Below, piece after piece: positions 1-12,560 of a stretch of 64,000 bases of DNA. Source of the stretch: Macrostomum lignano (lineage: Eukaryota); assembly GCA_002269645.1 (NCBI GenBank), contig NIVC01000785.1:1-64000 (forward strand), written 5' to 3'. Both the position numbers and the translations under genes were made by a program. How positions within the stretch are numbered: position 1 is the first letter of the stretch; each line of letters begins with the position of its first letter. The notes below the pieces were generated by a model. It searched no databases. It was not told where the DNA came from and was given only the letters and a program-made list of their open reading frames with translations.

Positions 1-918
1 TGAGTGACAAGACAGTGAATGATTGAGTGACAAAACAGTGAATGATTGAGTGACAATACAGTGAATGAGAGATTGACGCGACAGTGAATGATAGAGTGAC
101 ACGAAAGTGAATGAGAGAGCCAGCCAGAGTGACAAGACAGTGTTTGAGAGAGTGAAAAGCGAGTGAATGAGAGAGCCAGCCAGAGTGACAAGAGTGTGAA
201 TGAGGGAGTGAAAAGCGAGTGAATGAGAGAGCCAGCCAGAGTGACAAGACAGTGATTGAGAGAGCGAAAAGCGAGTGAATGAGAGAGCCAACCAGAGGGA
301 CAAGACAGTGAATGAGGGAATGAAAAGCGAGTGAATGAGAGAGCCAGCCAGAGTGACAAGACAGTGAATGAGGGAATGAAAAGCGAGTGAATGAGAGAGC
401 CAGCCAGAGTGACAAGACAGTGAATGAGGGAGTGAAAAGCGAGTGAAAGAGAGAGCCAGCCAGAGTGACAAGACAGTATTTGAGAGAGTGAAAAGCGAGT
501 GAAAGAGAGAGCCAGCCAGAGTGACAAGACAGTGATTGAGAGAGCGAAAAGCGAGTGAATGAGAGAGCCAGCCAGAGTGACAAGACAGTGATTGAGAGAG
601 TGAAAAGCGAGTGAATGAGAGAGCCAGCCAGAGTGACAAGACAGTGAATGAGGGAATGAAAAGCGAGTGAATGAGAGAGCCAGCCAGAGTGACAAGACAG
701 TGAATGAGGGAGTGAAAAGCGAGTGAAAGAGAGAGCCAGCCAGAGTGACAAGACAGTATTTGAGAGAGTGAAGAGCGAGTGAATGACAGAGCCAGCCAGA
801 GTGACAAGACAGTGATTGAGAGAGCGAAAAGCGAGTGAATGAGAGAGCCAACCGGAGTGACAAGACAGTGAATGAGGGAGTGAAAAGCGAGTGAATGAGA
901 GAGCCAGCCAGAGTGACA
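1..918. repeat. Tandem minisatellite, ~56-bp unit (GAGAGAGCCAGCCAGAGTGACAAGACAGTGAATGAGGGAGTGAAAAGCGAGTGAAT), runs off the window start
   Basis: CAGCCAGAGTGACAAG recurs with ~56-bp period (e.g. 121, 177); degenerate shorter units in 1-110. Confidence 0.95.
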
Positions 919-1793
919 GAGCTGGTGATCCAGCAGGAATGCGGACGCAGCTAAAAGCCGGTCGCTAATGGGTCTGCAGACACAACCATAGACTTGACTG
1001 ATCTGTGCCCAGCCACTCAATGCTTGGTATTATAGCCATCCACTTTCAGCCACGGGCCGCGCTGTCCTCTCCCCGCCCCCGCTCCCCAATTCTATCCGCT
1101 GTAAAAGCAAACCAATTGACCTGTTTGCCCGGCCCAATACAAATGTATATACATACTTATCGGGAGAAAAAAACACAGAATCCCGGGTCAAAAGCGTTTC
1201 CAGCAGCTAATGGCTGGCAATTTGCCCATTGGCATCCCAGAAATTCTCCTCTTTGACTTTAAAATCCCGGGATATCGAGGGTAAGAAGCGCCAATGTGAC
1301 GGCGCTTGCAACTCGAGATTCGAGTTCTCCGACACATGTTGCAGTCAGTTCCCGGGCTCTGGGATTGGCGAAGTGGCTTAAAGCGTTTTTTAAATCACCC
1401 GAGCCTCAGCAGCCACGCCATTGGGTGCCGGACAGAGCCGGGCGATCCATTGGACACAAAACTTGCCATTAAACAGTTTTCTTCTCCAAGGCCGAAGCCA
1501 AGCCATGCTCGAGGATTTGTCTTTGCAGGCTTTTTTGTTCCCCTAGTAGAAAGCCAGTTTTCATTCCTGGACCGCCGCAGGAGTTGCTGCCCTGATTGGC
1601 AGCTGAAAATAAAAGCAAAACTGCATTTAATTTCAGTTTCTGTTACAACTACAACGAAGTCTGACGAAACTGTTCCATGGCTGCAACTCCAATCTGCCAG
1701 CTGTTTTGCTGCTGAGAACTGCTTCTAGAAGAGACTAGTCCGGAAACACTTCCTCTACGGCAGGTAAGCTCTTTCCAATGGCTCAAGTAAATC

Positions 1794-1796
<3 letters not shown>

Positions 1797-1870
<74 letters not shown>
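1797..1870. repeat. Compound (GATT)n(GATA)n microsatellite
   Basis: Direct inspection. Confidence 0.97.
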
Positions 1871-2263
1871 CGAGGTAAAATCCACCTGGGCGAACCAGCA
1901 TCGGATTCTGTCCAAAAGCCCAACAACATTAATGATACTCGTCGCAGTGAACTGAAATTTTCTAACTTTCTGTGCCAGAAAAACTTTTATTCTCTTGTTT
2001 GTTTTCTCCTAAGTCGCGAAATCGGCAAGATTAGTCATCTCTGTTGCATTTTTTACCGTCTTGTTTAAATGCGCATTTCCCGCGGCCTTTACAGCGGTCT
2101 CTTTAACACGATGAAAATATTCTGGCCAAGAAATTTAGCTCGTTAATTTTTTAAGTTCGAAATTTTCCAATTGGACGCCGCAAGGTTGCTGATGAAGGTT
2201 ACAATAGTTGGCTTATTCAGCATCCTCGGCCTCACCTTCAGTGGAATTGTGAAGCTATGCAAA

Positions 2264-2786
<523 letters not shown>

Positions 2787-3252
2787 CTCTGTTAGCTGCG
2801 CTAAAGCTCCCCCCCCTAGAAGAGCCGGTTGCGCAATCAGCTTTGGCAGAAAAAAGCACATTAAGTGAGGAGCCATGTTTCTGTTTAAAAAAAGTCCTGT
2901 GGCCCAACGGCAGCAGCCATAGAAGATCTGAGGTCCCAACTCAAGTGGCTCGCTAGCCTCTCGGAGCTGCTGCATGCGATTCTGTATCAATTTTTCCCTT
3001 CCCCACTTCCATTTTGTCGCTCAATATTTCGCTGAAGTTGCCGAGAATAAAAGCCGCACCAGCCGATCGATGCTGGTGCGAAAGAAATCGAAGCAAAAAA
3101 ACGCGATTGCGTAATCATCGCCGGATGCCGGTGGGCCAGGGTGGGGGAATGATGGCGGCTTAGGAATCCAGAGATGTGCCAGTGGATTTAAGCTCGAGCA
3201 CTGAATACCGGTTTGAACGCTTCCGTCTGCCTGCCAGTCTTCTTAAGCCCAA

Positions 3253-3560
3253 GTGTCTGTCTTGGTGTCTGTCTTGGTGTCTGTCTTTATGTGTCTGTCT
3301 TTATGTGTCTGTCTTTATGTGTCTGTCTTTATGTGTCTGTCTTTATGTGTCTGTCTTTATGTGTCTTGTTGTCGGTCTTGGTGTGTCTTGTTGTCTGTCT
3401 TGATGCGTCTTGGTGTTTGTCTTTGTGTCGGTTTTAGTGTGTCTGGTTGTCTGTCTTAGTGTGTCTTCTTGTCTGTCTAAGTGTATCTTGTTGTCTGTCT
3501 TAGTGTGTCTTGTTGTCTTGTGTCATTCTGTCAGTTTATCTTAGTGTCTGCCTGTCTGGT
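3253..3560. repeat. 14-bp tandem (GTGTCTGTCTTTAT) decaying into GT-rich low-complexity sequence
   Basis: Clean units 3280-3365, degenerate on both sides. Confidence 0.85.
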
Positions 3561-4301
3561 GCTAATGCAGACAAATCTCATGCCTCATGTCTCATGTCGG
3601 GCTGACGCCAGACGATACCCCGCTGGCACCCTCGCAGCTCGCCTAGCCCCGCAGACGAGCAGTCTCAGCAGAGAGTCTGAGTAAAGTCGCAGCGGCTGCG
3701 TGACGGCTGTCAGTCAAACAGAAATTGCGCTCCTTCTCGCCCAGCCTCAGTTCCTCCGTTACGCTGCGGCGCATCCTGTCCGAAAAATTGAGAGAAAAAT
3801 GATTTCATTTCCTCACTTTCTCCCAATCAGCTTTCAGTGACTCAGCGCTAAAGACACTCCTTGCCTCCCTTGCATGAGCTGGCGAGAGCTGCCCTCTCCA
3901 CCCCCCCCCCCCAGATCGTTTCCGCGCACCCAGAACAATGGCAGGGGAATCTCGTCCTCTGATTGACAGACAGATACGCCTCCTACTCCAGCGGGCACTG
4001 ACTCACTTTGCTCCAACGATGTCTCCAAGAGCAGCCGCAGTCGCAGAGCATGGCCCTGTCAATTAACCCTCACGGTGGGCAGGTGTTGGGCTGTTGTTCA
4101 CTGATTTAATTTGGTAGGTTGGGTTGGAGGGGGTTGTGGTCGTCTCCAAGTGTATGGTCCGTTGTTGTCCATTCACAAATTCGACAATTGCTATTGTGAT
4201 TGGCACCCGTGATTGAGGCCATAAAACAGTAATGAAGCATAGTAATATTTTCCTCAAAGATTTGGCCGACTTTTATTCATATGTACGAGTACATACGGCA
4301 C

Positions 4302-4625
4302 CCTCTGGTTCAGATGTATCTGTGTCACCTCCTCAGGTACGGATGTATCTGTGTCACCTCCTCAGGTGCGGATGTATCTGTGTCACCTCCTCAGGTGCGG
4401 ATGTATCTGTGTCACCTCCTCAGGTACGGATGTATCTGTGTCACCTCCTCAGGTGCGGATGTATCTGTGTCACCTCCTCAGGTGCGGATGTATCTGTGTC
4501 ACCTCCTCAGGTGCGGATGTATCTGTGTCACCTCCTCAGGTGCGGATGTATCTGTGTCACCTCCTCAGGTGCGGATGTATCTGTGTCACCTCCTCAGGTA
4601 CAAATGTACCTGTGTCACCTCCTTA
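4302..4625. repeat. 29-bp minisatellite (CCTCAGGTGCGGATGTATCTGTGTCACCT), ~11 copies
   Basis: Near-identical units with a 29-bp period. Confidence 0.97.
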
Positions 4626-5346
4626 AGTGCAAGCTGAATGTCTCTTCATAGACTAATGTCTTTGTCATATCAGGTGCAATTTAAAAGTACACCTAATCTA
4701 AAAATCATATTTATTTTTATCATTTGATTTGTTTCCCAGCTTCATCGATTATACAGTAGGTGACAAATAAAAGCCAATTTTTATTGATTGAGCTAATAAC
4801 AGACTGAACAAAGAGCAGCCAAAAAATGAAGCAGTTAATTTAAACAAAACTAGGCGTCCTCATTTGCTTGTTCTGCCTGGCAAACTTGCAGCAGGTCTTG
4901 AATGCGATAAAAATAAATTTATATTTGAGACGGGGAATTAATTGCATTCTCGCTGAGAGAGAGAGAGATGGGGGGGGGGGAGGAACTGAGCGACAGCCGG
5001 CCATTGCCTGTCGTTCAACTAAAGAACAACACGACGTGCGTGACGCGGCGGTGTTTTTGCTCTGAATAAATTATCCGCCCAAAAACTAACCAATCAGTCA
5101 GGGAATTCCCTGAGAGGCAGAACTGCGGGTCAGGGCCGGTTTGGGAGGAAAACTCGTTGGAGGCCGATGAAGGTAGACAGAGTTTCCTCTTGATGGCGCC
5201 TCAGTTCTGAGTTTGTTACAGACAAATTACCAACCAAAAACTTGTCCCATTTTTCCCCAAGAGACTCGTCCAGTGTCTCCGCATGTCCAGCGTTTTGTGT
5301 TGCAAGGTCTCACACGGTGTGCTTGGCCTCCAATTGCAGGTAGAAA

Positions 5347-8300
5347 ATGGCTTGTCGCAGCCAATCGACTCTTATGCTTCTAGCAGCCTTCTCGCACCTG
5401 CTGCTGGCCAGAACGGCGGAAGCGGCTCAAAGTTCATCGAGCGCTGCTCTGCCTGAAATGTGAGCGGCTTTGTTAATTTTATTATTTGCCTTTGGGGCAC
5501 TGGTTGGTCAATTTTAGGACATTAAAAACTGGTTTTGACAATTTCAATGATAATATAATAATTGATTGCACCTGCCCTAATGGGCAGATGGGCAACCGAC
5601 AGCTCAGCCGCAGCTATTGCGCGGCGCATCTGAAGGCTGCGTACGGCTGTTCAGACCAAGGACTGGGGGGTCGCCACACACACCCTCAATTACCCCAGCT
5701 AATGCTGGCACCCATTTTACAGCTGGGTGAACTGAAGCAATGCAGAGTTAAGTGTCTTGCTTGCTCAAGGACACAAATTGTTCCGAGTGGGCCGGGAATC
5801 GAACCCCGACCTTCAAGTCGTGATTCCAACGCTCTAACCACTAGGCTAAAACCCCCATATTCATGTTAAATTTCAGGTATGCTATTAAGGGCACCGTGCT
5901 AGGGGAAGGGCTAGGGGAATCATTTAGGGCAGTTGTGAAATTAATTTTCCCAGTCCAGGCGGTTGCTAGGAGAGCGTCACGGAAAAGACAGGCGTTGGCT
6001 AAAGTAATAATTTATATAATAATAATAATAATTAAATAATTAAATAATAATCTACTCATCTTTCTCCTATTTAAAGGACAGGGACAGGGAGAGAGGTTAA
6101 GGACAGTCAGACTGTTGCGAGCTTGTGGCAAAAGCACCTTCATTTTTCAGCGCTCTTATGGCACTAAAAATGCCACTCTGATACGTTAACCCCAGATAGC
6201 TTAGTCATTTTATAGGAATTAAGTACTACGGCATGCAAAAGCAAGTAACGACCTCCAAATATTACTTTGCGTCTTCTCTAGCCCGGACAGTGTCCGAAAA
6301 AACCGGACGATTTGTCCGGCCTACGCCAGTCCATCACCCTGGCCAGGGAGATTCAAAACGAGACGAAATACCTGGGCGAGCAGGTGGTTATCTACTGCGA
6401 CATTGTGGGTACACCGGTGCCAAACTACCAGTGGTACAAGGACGGCGCGCCATTGCCTGACGGAGGCGCTGATCGTCGGATCCGCGCCGAGGTCACTCTG
6501 TACGGGGCAGTGTGAGTTGCTTCTGCCCTGGCTTGGATTTAAAATCAATCTTGGACTCTTCACTCTGATACCTCCTCTCTCGGATCCTTCTCTCTGATGA
6601 CCCACTCTCAGATCCTTCTCTCTGATGCCCTACACTCGGATCCTTCTCTCTGATCCCCACTCAGAGGATCCTCAGATGCTTGCCTGTAAGGAGCATCCCG
6701 ACTGTCAGTTCATAAGTGCATGCTCACTTCTTTTCTCAAAGCACCTCGGTGACAGCTGTTCCGACATCGCTCCCAAATTGCAGGCTGAGGATCCGGCAGC
6801 TCAGAGTGGCGGACTCGGGCAGCTATCGCTGCTTGGGCTCAAACCCAGCCGGCCGAGTCGACACCACCGGGTTCCTGATTGTCTACCCAACCAGGCGACC
6901 CTCGCGTAAGGACGGCAAACATAAGCCGGATGCACCGTCTGACGTTGGAGGCGAGGGCGCCGAAGGAGACTCAGGAGCGGTGCAGACCGGCTTCTGCCAG
7001 CGCTTCAAACCGAACGTCTGCAGAGGATTTCTGGGCGGGCGAGACGTCTTTGTACGGTCGAATATGTTCCAGTTTAACAAGGAGGCCGAACTGCTGCACC
7101 GTGAGTTGTCTGGCTGTTGCTTGTTACAGCTGCTATTTGACAGAGAATGTCAACTTCTCAAAACCACCCTCAAACTGAACGGAATCTGAACTGGACTGTT
7201 CGACTCTCAAAATTGAGGCATCTAACAAACCAACGTCTTCTGACCTTAAAATAGGAAAAGAGAAAGAGGAAAAGTAGCCCTGTGCAATCCTGTGCAATCC
7301 TGTGCAATGATACTGCGAACAACCAACTCCATTGCAGAGCCTTAATTTAGGACATGATGAAGTTCCGAAATTCCTCAAATTCATTCCCAGGGGCTACAAA
7401 GACAGGGGTCACATGGGATGCTTTGGGCTCCGTTGTTTTGACCTCGTGCTCCATTTCAATGCCTAAATGAACAGCACCATTCAGAGCGTTAAAAATAAAT
7501 AAAAAACTTACCTAAGAGTTAAATACGACCCAGAAGGTTATCCACATCTCTCCATTGTCTTTTCACTCGCATCGCAGTGCTACAACGAATGGCGGACATA
7601 GTGAACGACACCGAGTGCACCCAGCCCGTCATGGAGACCCTGTGCCGATACAATTTTCCCGAGTGCCATCGACCGGTTTCCCCTGATGGCGCCGAGATTT
7701 TGGCGCCAATACCGCGGCGCCTGTGCCGAACCGACTGCGAGAAAGTGACTCAGCACTGGTGCCGTGAGAACTTCGAGAAACTGCGAGCGAGCTTTAGCTA
7801 CTACCAGGAGAACACCCACTCAGACATTGGTGAGAAATTTTCTAGCACAGAAGGAGTGCATTGTAGTCTTCTTTGAATTTGACTGCTCAACCTGCTCTCA
7901 TTGCAGACTATCTGGGGCTGCTGCCCAACTGTGCGGCGCTGCCCGCCGAGACCACTCTGTGCGTCAGTCTGGCGCCGGAGCTGCAGTCGACGACTTCTCC
8001 GCCTCAGCTGCCTCAAACGTCAACACGCAGCAGGCCAGCTGTCCAAGGCTGCTACAACGCCAGCGATGCCACGGGCTATCGTGGACCGGCCGCGCGTAGT
8101 CGCTCCGGTCGCGTCTGCCTACCGTGGAGCCTCGTGCCCGGCTACGGAGCCCTTGGCGACCACAACCAGTGCCGCAGCCTGCCCGTTGCTGGCCCGTCTC
8201 TGGGGGTCGCCGGGTCCGCGGCAACTCCGCCGCCACCGCCGCCGCCCTGGTGCTTCGTGTCCGGCGCGGGCGAATGGGAGGACTGCGGCCTGCCGCCCTG

Positions 8301-10476
8301 CTCGCAGCCGCCGCAGCCTCCACCGGCGCGACCAGTTTTCCCCAATACGCCTCCTCTGGTGAAGTCGCCGCCGAAGCGAGCTGGTGGCGGTAAGTTTGAC
8401 TCTACATGGTGCACTGCAATTCACATTTAGCATGGACACCGTTGACGTGTTTACAATTGAAAGAAAATTATTTGTTCCTCCATTCAAGGCCACGCCATTG
8501 CTGATGGAAACCGCAAAGTCGGAGACGAAGGAGACAGTGAAAAAATAGTCGTGTCAGTCAAGGAAATTCTACCTGTCGTGATCTCCCTGGCCGTCCTCTT
8601 ACTCGTTGCCATCGTTCTAACCATAGTCTTCTGCGTTTATCGACGCTCAGCCAAGGCAGCCGCCGCTGCCGACGCGGCAGCAGCCGCAGCCGCCGACGAT
8701 CCGTGCGGGCTGGCCAGCGGCAAGGCAATGCGGCTGGCGGCCACCAAGAAGTCCGTCTCGGACGTCAGACTGGATCTGCAGTGCACAACGCCGTTGCTCA
8801 CGGCGCAGGAGTTTCCCATTACTCAGATTCGGTGAGAAAAGCTTGACCGAAAACCCAGACTCATTTTAATGATGATAATTGATTAAACCTGCCTTAATGG
8901 CCAGATGTGCAACCGACAGCTCAATCGTAGCTATTGCGCGGCGCACCTGAAAGCTGCGTACGGCTGTTCAGTCCAAGGACTGGGGGGGGGGTCGCCACAC
9001 AGCCTCAATTACCCACCCATTTTACAGCTGGGTGAACTGAAGCAATACAGAGTTAAGTGTCTTGCTCAAGGAGAATCGAACCCCGACATTTCAGCGCCAG
9101 TCCGACTCTCTAACCACTGGGCTACAATCCCAGTTGTAGGATTTTTATTGAAGACTCAATTTGACCCTTATAGTGCTTGCTACGAACTAAATGCCATGGA
9201 AACATCCTGTAAGCTTGCCGTACAAGCCAATGTAGAACGTAGACGTCTCGTCTCGGGAAGTACATGCAGCGAGAATCTCAGAGCTCTAGGAACCAAAATT
9301 CTATTGCATCCAAATCCCAATGCAGATTTAATTATTCCAAAACTTCTCTCCCACTTTCAGATTCGGAGAACTTCTCGGCGAGTCAGCGTTCGGTCGCGTC
9401 TACAAAGGTGAACTGATAGGCGTCTACAGCGAGACGTCTCTGACACCGGTGGCCATCAAGTGCTTGAACGGCAGTGCAGATGCGGCCCTAAAGGAGGAAT
9501 TCTCCCAGGAGCTTCAGCAGCTGGCCGGCCTGTCCCATCCCAATCTGACCGACTTCTGGGTGTGTCGCTGCGCCAGAGCCCCTGCTGCCTGGCCATGGAG
9601 CTGCCTCCGCACGGCGACCTTCACGAGTTCCTGGCCTACAGAAGTCCTCGAAGCGAACACAGCGGCGACTATCACGATCCCCTGAGCCAGGCACAGATGT
9701 TCCACATGGCCACTCAGGTGGCCTCCGCTGTGGAATACCTGACCCTGAGGTGCCTCGTCCATCGGGACATCGCGGCAAGAAATATTCAGCTGGGCGACAA
9801 GCTGGAGTGCAAACTGAGCGACCTGGGCCAGTGCCGCGACATCTACGCGCCTGACTACTACCTGCTACGGCCGGGCAGCCGCCTGCCCATCCGCTGGATG
9901 CCGCCCGAGGCCACGCTCTACGGCCAGTTCTCAACCCACAGCGATGCCTACAGCTTCGGGGTGCTGCTGTGGGAGATCTGGTCCTACGGCCTGCAGCCCT
10001 ACTACGGCTATTCGAATAGTGACGTCATTGAGCTGGTGCGCAAGCGCCAGCTATTGGCCTGCCCGCCGGACTGCCCACCCAGGCTGTACAGCCTCATGCT
10101 AGAGTGCTGGACCCAGCCGATGGTACATCGAGTGTCGGCCACTGAGATCTGCAATCGATTGAGACAGCTTCAAGCGGAGGTTCTGGTCGAACTGTCGACT
10201 TCATCTCAGGGCTCGTCGGGCAACACCAACTCGACTGCGTTCAGCGGCGAACGGCCGATGGGGCAGCTGGCTCAGCCGGCCTCTCAGCGAGTCATTCCGG
10301 TGCCAGTGCCGCAGTTGAGTCCCCCAGGGTCCAGCGCGGGATCCGCGGGCTCGATAACGGCGTACAGCAGCGGCGGCGGAAGCAGCTCAATGGTGCAGAG
10401 CTACCAGCTGCACGGACCGCCTCAGAGGCAGCCACTGGGACTGCGGCAGAACTTCCACTCCACCATGGCTGTCTGA
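5347..10476 (+). CDS. ror: ROR-family receptor tyrosine kinase (signal peptide - Ig - Frizzled CRD - kringle - TM - kinase - Ser/Pro-rich tail); two apparent 1-bp deletions
   Basis: Exons with GT-AG ends: 5347-5459 (signal peptide MACRSQSTLMLLAAFSHLLLARTAEA), 6282-6511 and 6784-7100 (Ig: YCDIVGTPVPNYQWYKDG...DSGSYRC), 7578-7829 (CRD), 7907-8389 (kringle CYNASDATGYRG...PWCF...WEDC), 8489-8831 (TM), 9361-10476 (kinase GESAFGRVYKG, VAIK, HRDIAARN, SDLG..RDIY..DYY, LPIRWMPPEA, YGLQPYYGYSN, RKRQLLACPPDCPPRLYSLMLECW). Phases are consistent apart from slips at ~6297-6302 and ~9549. Confidence 0.95.
5548..5856 (-). mobile_element. tRNA-derived SINE with CORE-like central domain, copy 1 (ROR intron 1)
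   Basis: Minus strand: GGGGTTTTAGCCTAGTGG (A box) ... GGTTCGATTCCCGGCCC (B box), then TGTGTCCTTGAGCAAG..ACACTTAACTC...CAGCTGTAAAATGGG, ending in an ATT-rich tail; homologous to 8867-9131 and 12235-12560. Confidence 0.9.
8867..9131 (-). mobile_element. Same SINE family, copy 2 (ROR intron, small internal deletion)
   Basis: Shares GCAACCGACAGCTCA..CTATTGCGCGGCGCA.CTGAA.GCTGCGTACGGCTGTTCAG, CCCATTTTACAGCTGGGTGAACTGAAGC and the GAATCGAACCCC B box with copy 1. Confidence 0.9.
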
Positions 10477-12234
10477 ACTAAACGGATCGCCGGCAATCAA
10501 AGTGCTGGATTCCCCCCCCCCCCCGACTGACATTTCCCATCCAAGATTTCAACTGCCTGACGCGATAGCGGTACTGGTGGCCGGGCATATGGCTGCAGCT
10601 TTTTGTAGTGCCGAGAGACCCGCTGGCGGACTGCATTGCATGTCGCCATCTGGCAATACCATCTCTGGACCGATTTGATGGACCGAAGCCGCCGTGACAA
10701 AGAGGGACACTCACTGTGATGGGCACAGCTGATGGAATGCAATTTGGACGCGATTCGAGAAGGAACTTTATGACGGCCCCCCAATCCTGTACAAGCGATC
10801 GTGACTTTGCATTGACATCCCAGGGACGCCTGACCCCAGCTAAAACCGCTGCAGTTTCGAGAGCCGAAAGTTCAGCCATTTTTACTAATAACATCAAGAG
10901 ATAAACATTTTGACACAAGTGCAGCTGAGTTTCTTGGCTTTCCTTCACACTGTATCTGTTCCCGTAAGAAGCAATCGGCACCTCAACTTCATATCTACTC
11001 GCTATAATTGTCAGTTTGAAAAAAAACTCTCCCGGAGCGACTTCACTGCGAACTCGTTGCATTATCAACACACCGTTGTTTTGAAGACGCTGGAAGCACA
11101 AAAATGCTTGTACATTTTGATCACTTTATTTCTGTTTAATCTTGTCAGTTCAACTCTCGTGTCTGGATGGCCTTTTGTTTTTATTTTGAGATAGGGAACT
11201 GCAAATGCGGGTCTCTAATAGCTGAAATATACTCCTGTTTCATACTTGCTTAATCGAAACTATGACTTTTATAACTGCGAGTCATAGTAATTTTCGATAG
11301 GGATCGTGTTTGAACGTCAGCGCTGGCTGTGGCACGATGTCACCGAAGGCAGCCGATATTCATGAAAACTGAAAAGCATTCAAAGGAGTACATTCTGCTG
11401 AAATATGACCACATGTACATGTAGATGTATTTATTCGGTTCAGAATGGTTTCATATTCTCAACTACGAGTTCTATAAAGTACAAAACTGTTTACTTATTG
11501 AATCACCTTTCCATCTAAAGAAGAGAATTCATGGCAAGAAGAGATGTGCAGAAAAAGCAGCGGGCCTCTGCATGCGCTGGAAGGCAGAGACGGCGGTTGC
11601 TAACCCCTGCCCCCAGGTGACTGACACTTTCAAGGGTGAGTCTCGAAGGTTGCGTCCAGTCAGCAATACTGGCCACCCTGAGCAGGAATTTCACACTTTT
11701 CACTGAGCCAACAGCTGCCTGAGCTAAAGCAGCCTGTGCTGCTTTTAGAAGAAGAAGGAAAACGAAGCCAAAAAGTTGCTACAGAGTGGGTGGAGAGAGA
11801 AAAGTGAAGCAAAAGAAAATGCAATCCCGCAGACACTGAGCCGCAAGTGCTCAGCTCAGAGGCAAACGAGCGCAGGCAAACTCAAGCCCAGCTATATTTC
11901 AGAATTTAATAAGGAGGCCACTTAAACCTGTCTGTCTCCTAGTGCCGTCAAGTCAAATTCTTGGCTGCAAGCTCAGACTTTGAAGCGCGGCTTTTCGCTG
12001 GCGCAAGCAGAGCAGAGGCTACCCAGGAAAATATTCTGGACTGCAGCTTTCAACATGGGCCTGACATGACAAGGTCTAGATTTTCCGTTATGCTTTAGAC
12101 TGCTCTAGACAATAACAAAAATAATCAAATAATAACAGCGTCACAGGGTGCACTTAAAAGACTTGGGAGCGAACCTAGACCGGATCCGGGCAGAAGGCCA
12201 GAAGGCAGTCGACAAAATGACAATTGCGCATCAC

Positions 12235-12560
12235 TATTACTAATACTAATAATAATAATCATTATAATTGACTACACCTGCTTTAACGAACAGATGTGCA
12301 ACCGACAGCTCAGCCGCAGCCATTGCGCGGTGCATCTGAAGGCTGCGTACGGCTGTTCAGTCCAAGGACTGGGGGTCGCCACACACAGCCTCAATTACCC
12401 CAGCTAATGCTGCATGGCACCCATTTTACAGCTGGGGGAACTGAAGCAATGCAAAGTAGTGTTTTGCTCAGGGACACAAATTGTTCCGAGTGGGCCAAGA
12501 ATCGAACCCCCGATCTTTCAATAGGTGAGTCCGGCGCTCTAGCCACTAGGCTACAACCCC
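12235..12560 (-). mobile_element. Same SINE family, copy 3
   Basis: Full-length match to copy 1, including (TAA)n tail and tRNA head ending CTAGGCTACAACCCC. Confidence 0.9.

Noticed and set aside
1728-1770. Strong donor CAG|GTAAGC at 1765 as a possible ROR first exon
   Set aside because: All three frames hit stops shortly before it; could be a UTR exon but cannot be supported
4302-4625. 29-33-bp repeats that might be taken for CRISPR arrays (also 43221-43628 and 60037-60335)
   Set aside because: Units are head-to-tail with no unique spacers, there are no cas genes, and the context is eukaryotic
6077-6095. 19-nt microexon that would fix the ROR exon 1/2 phase mismatch
   Set aside because: The phase arithmetic works, but the donor GTTAAG is weak and a 1-bp homopolymer error is simpler; needs cDNA
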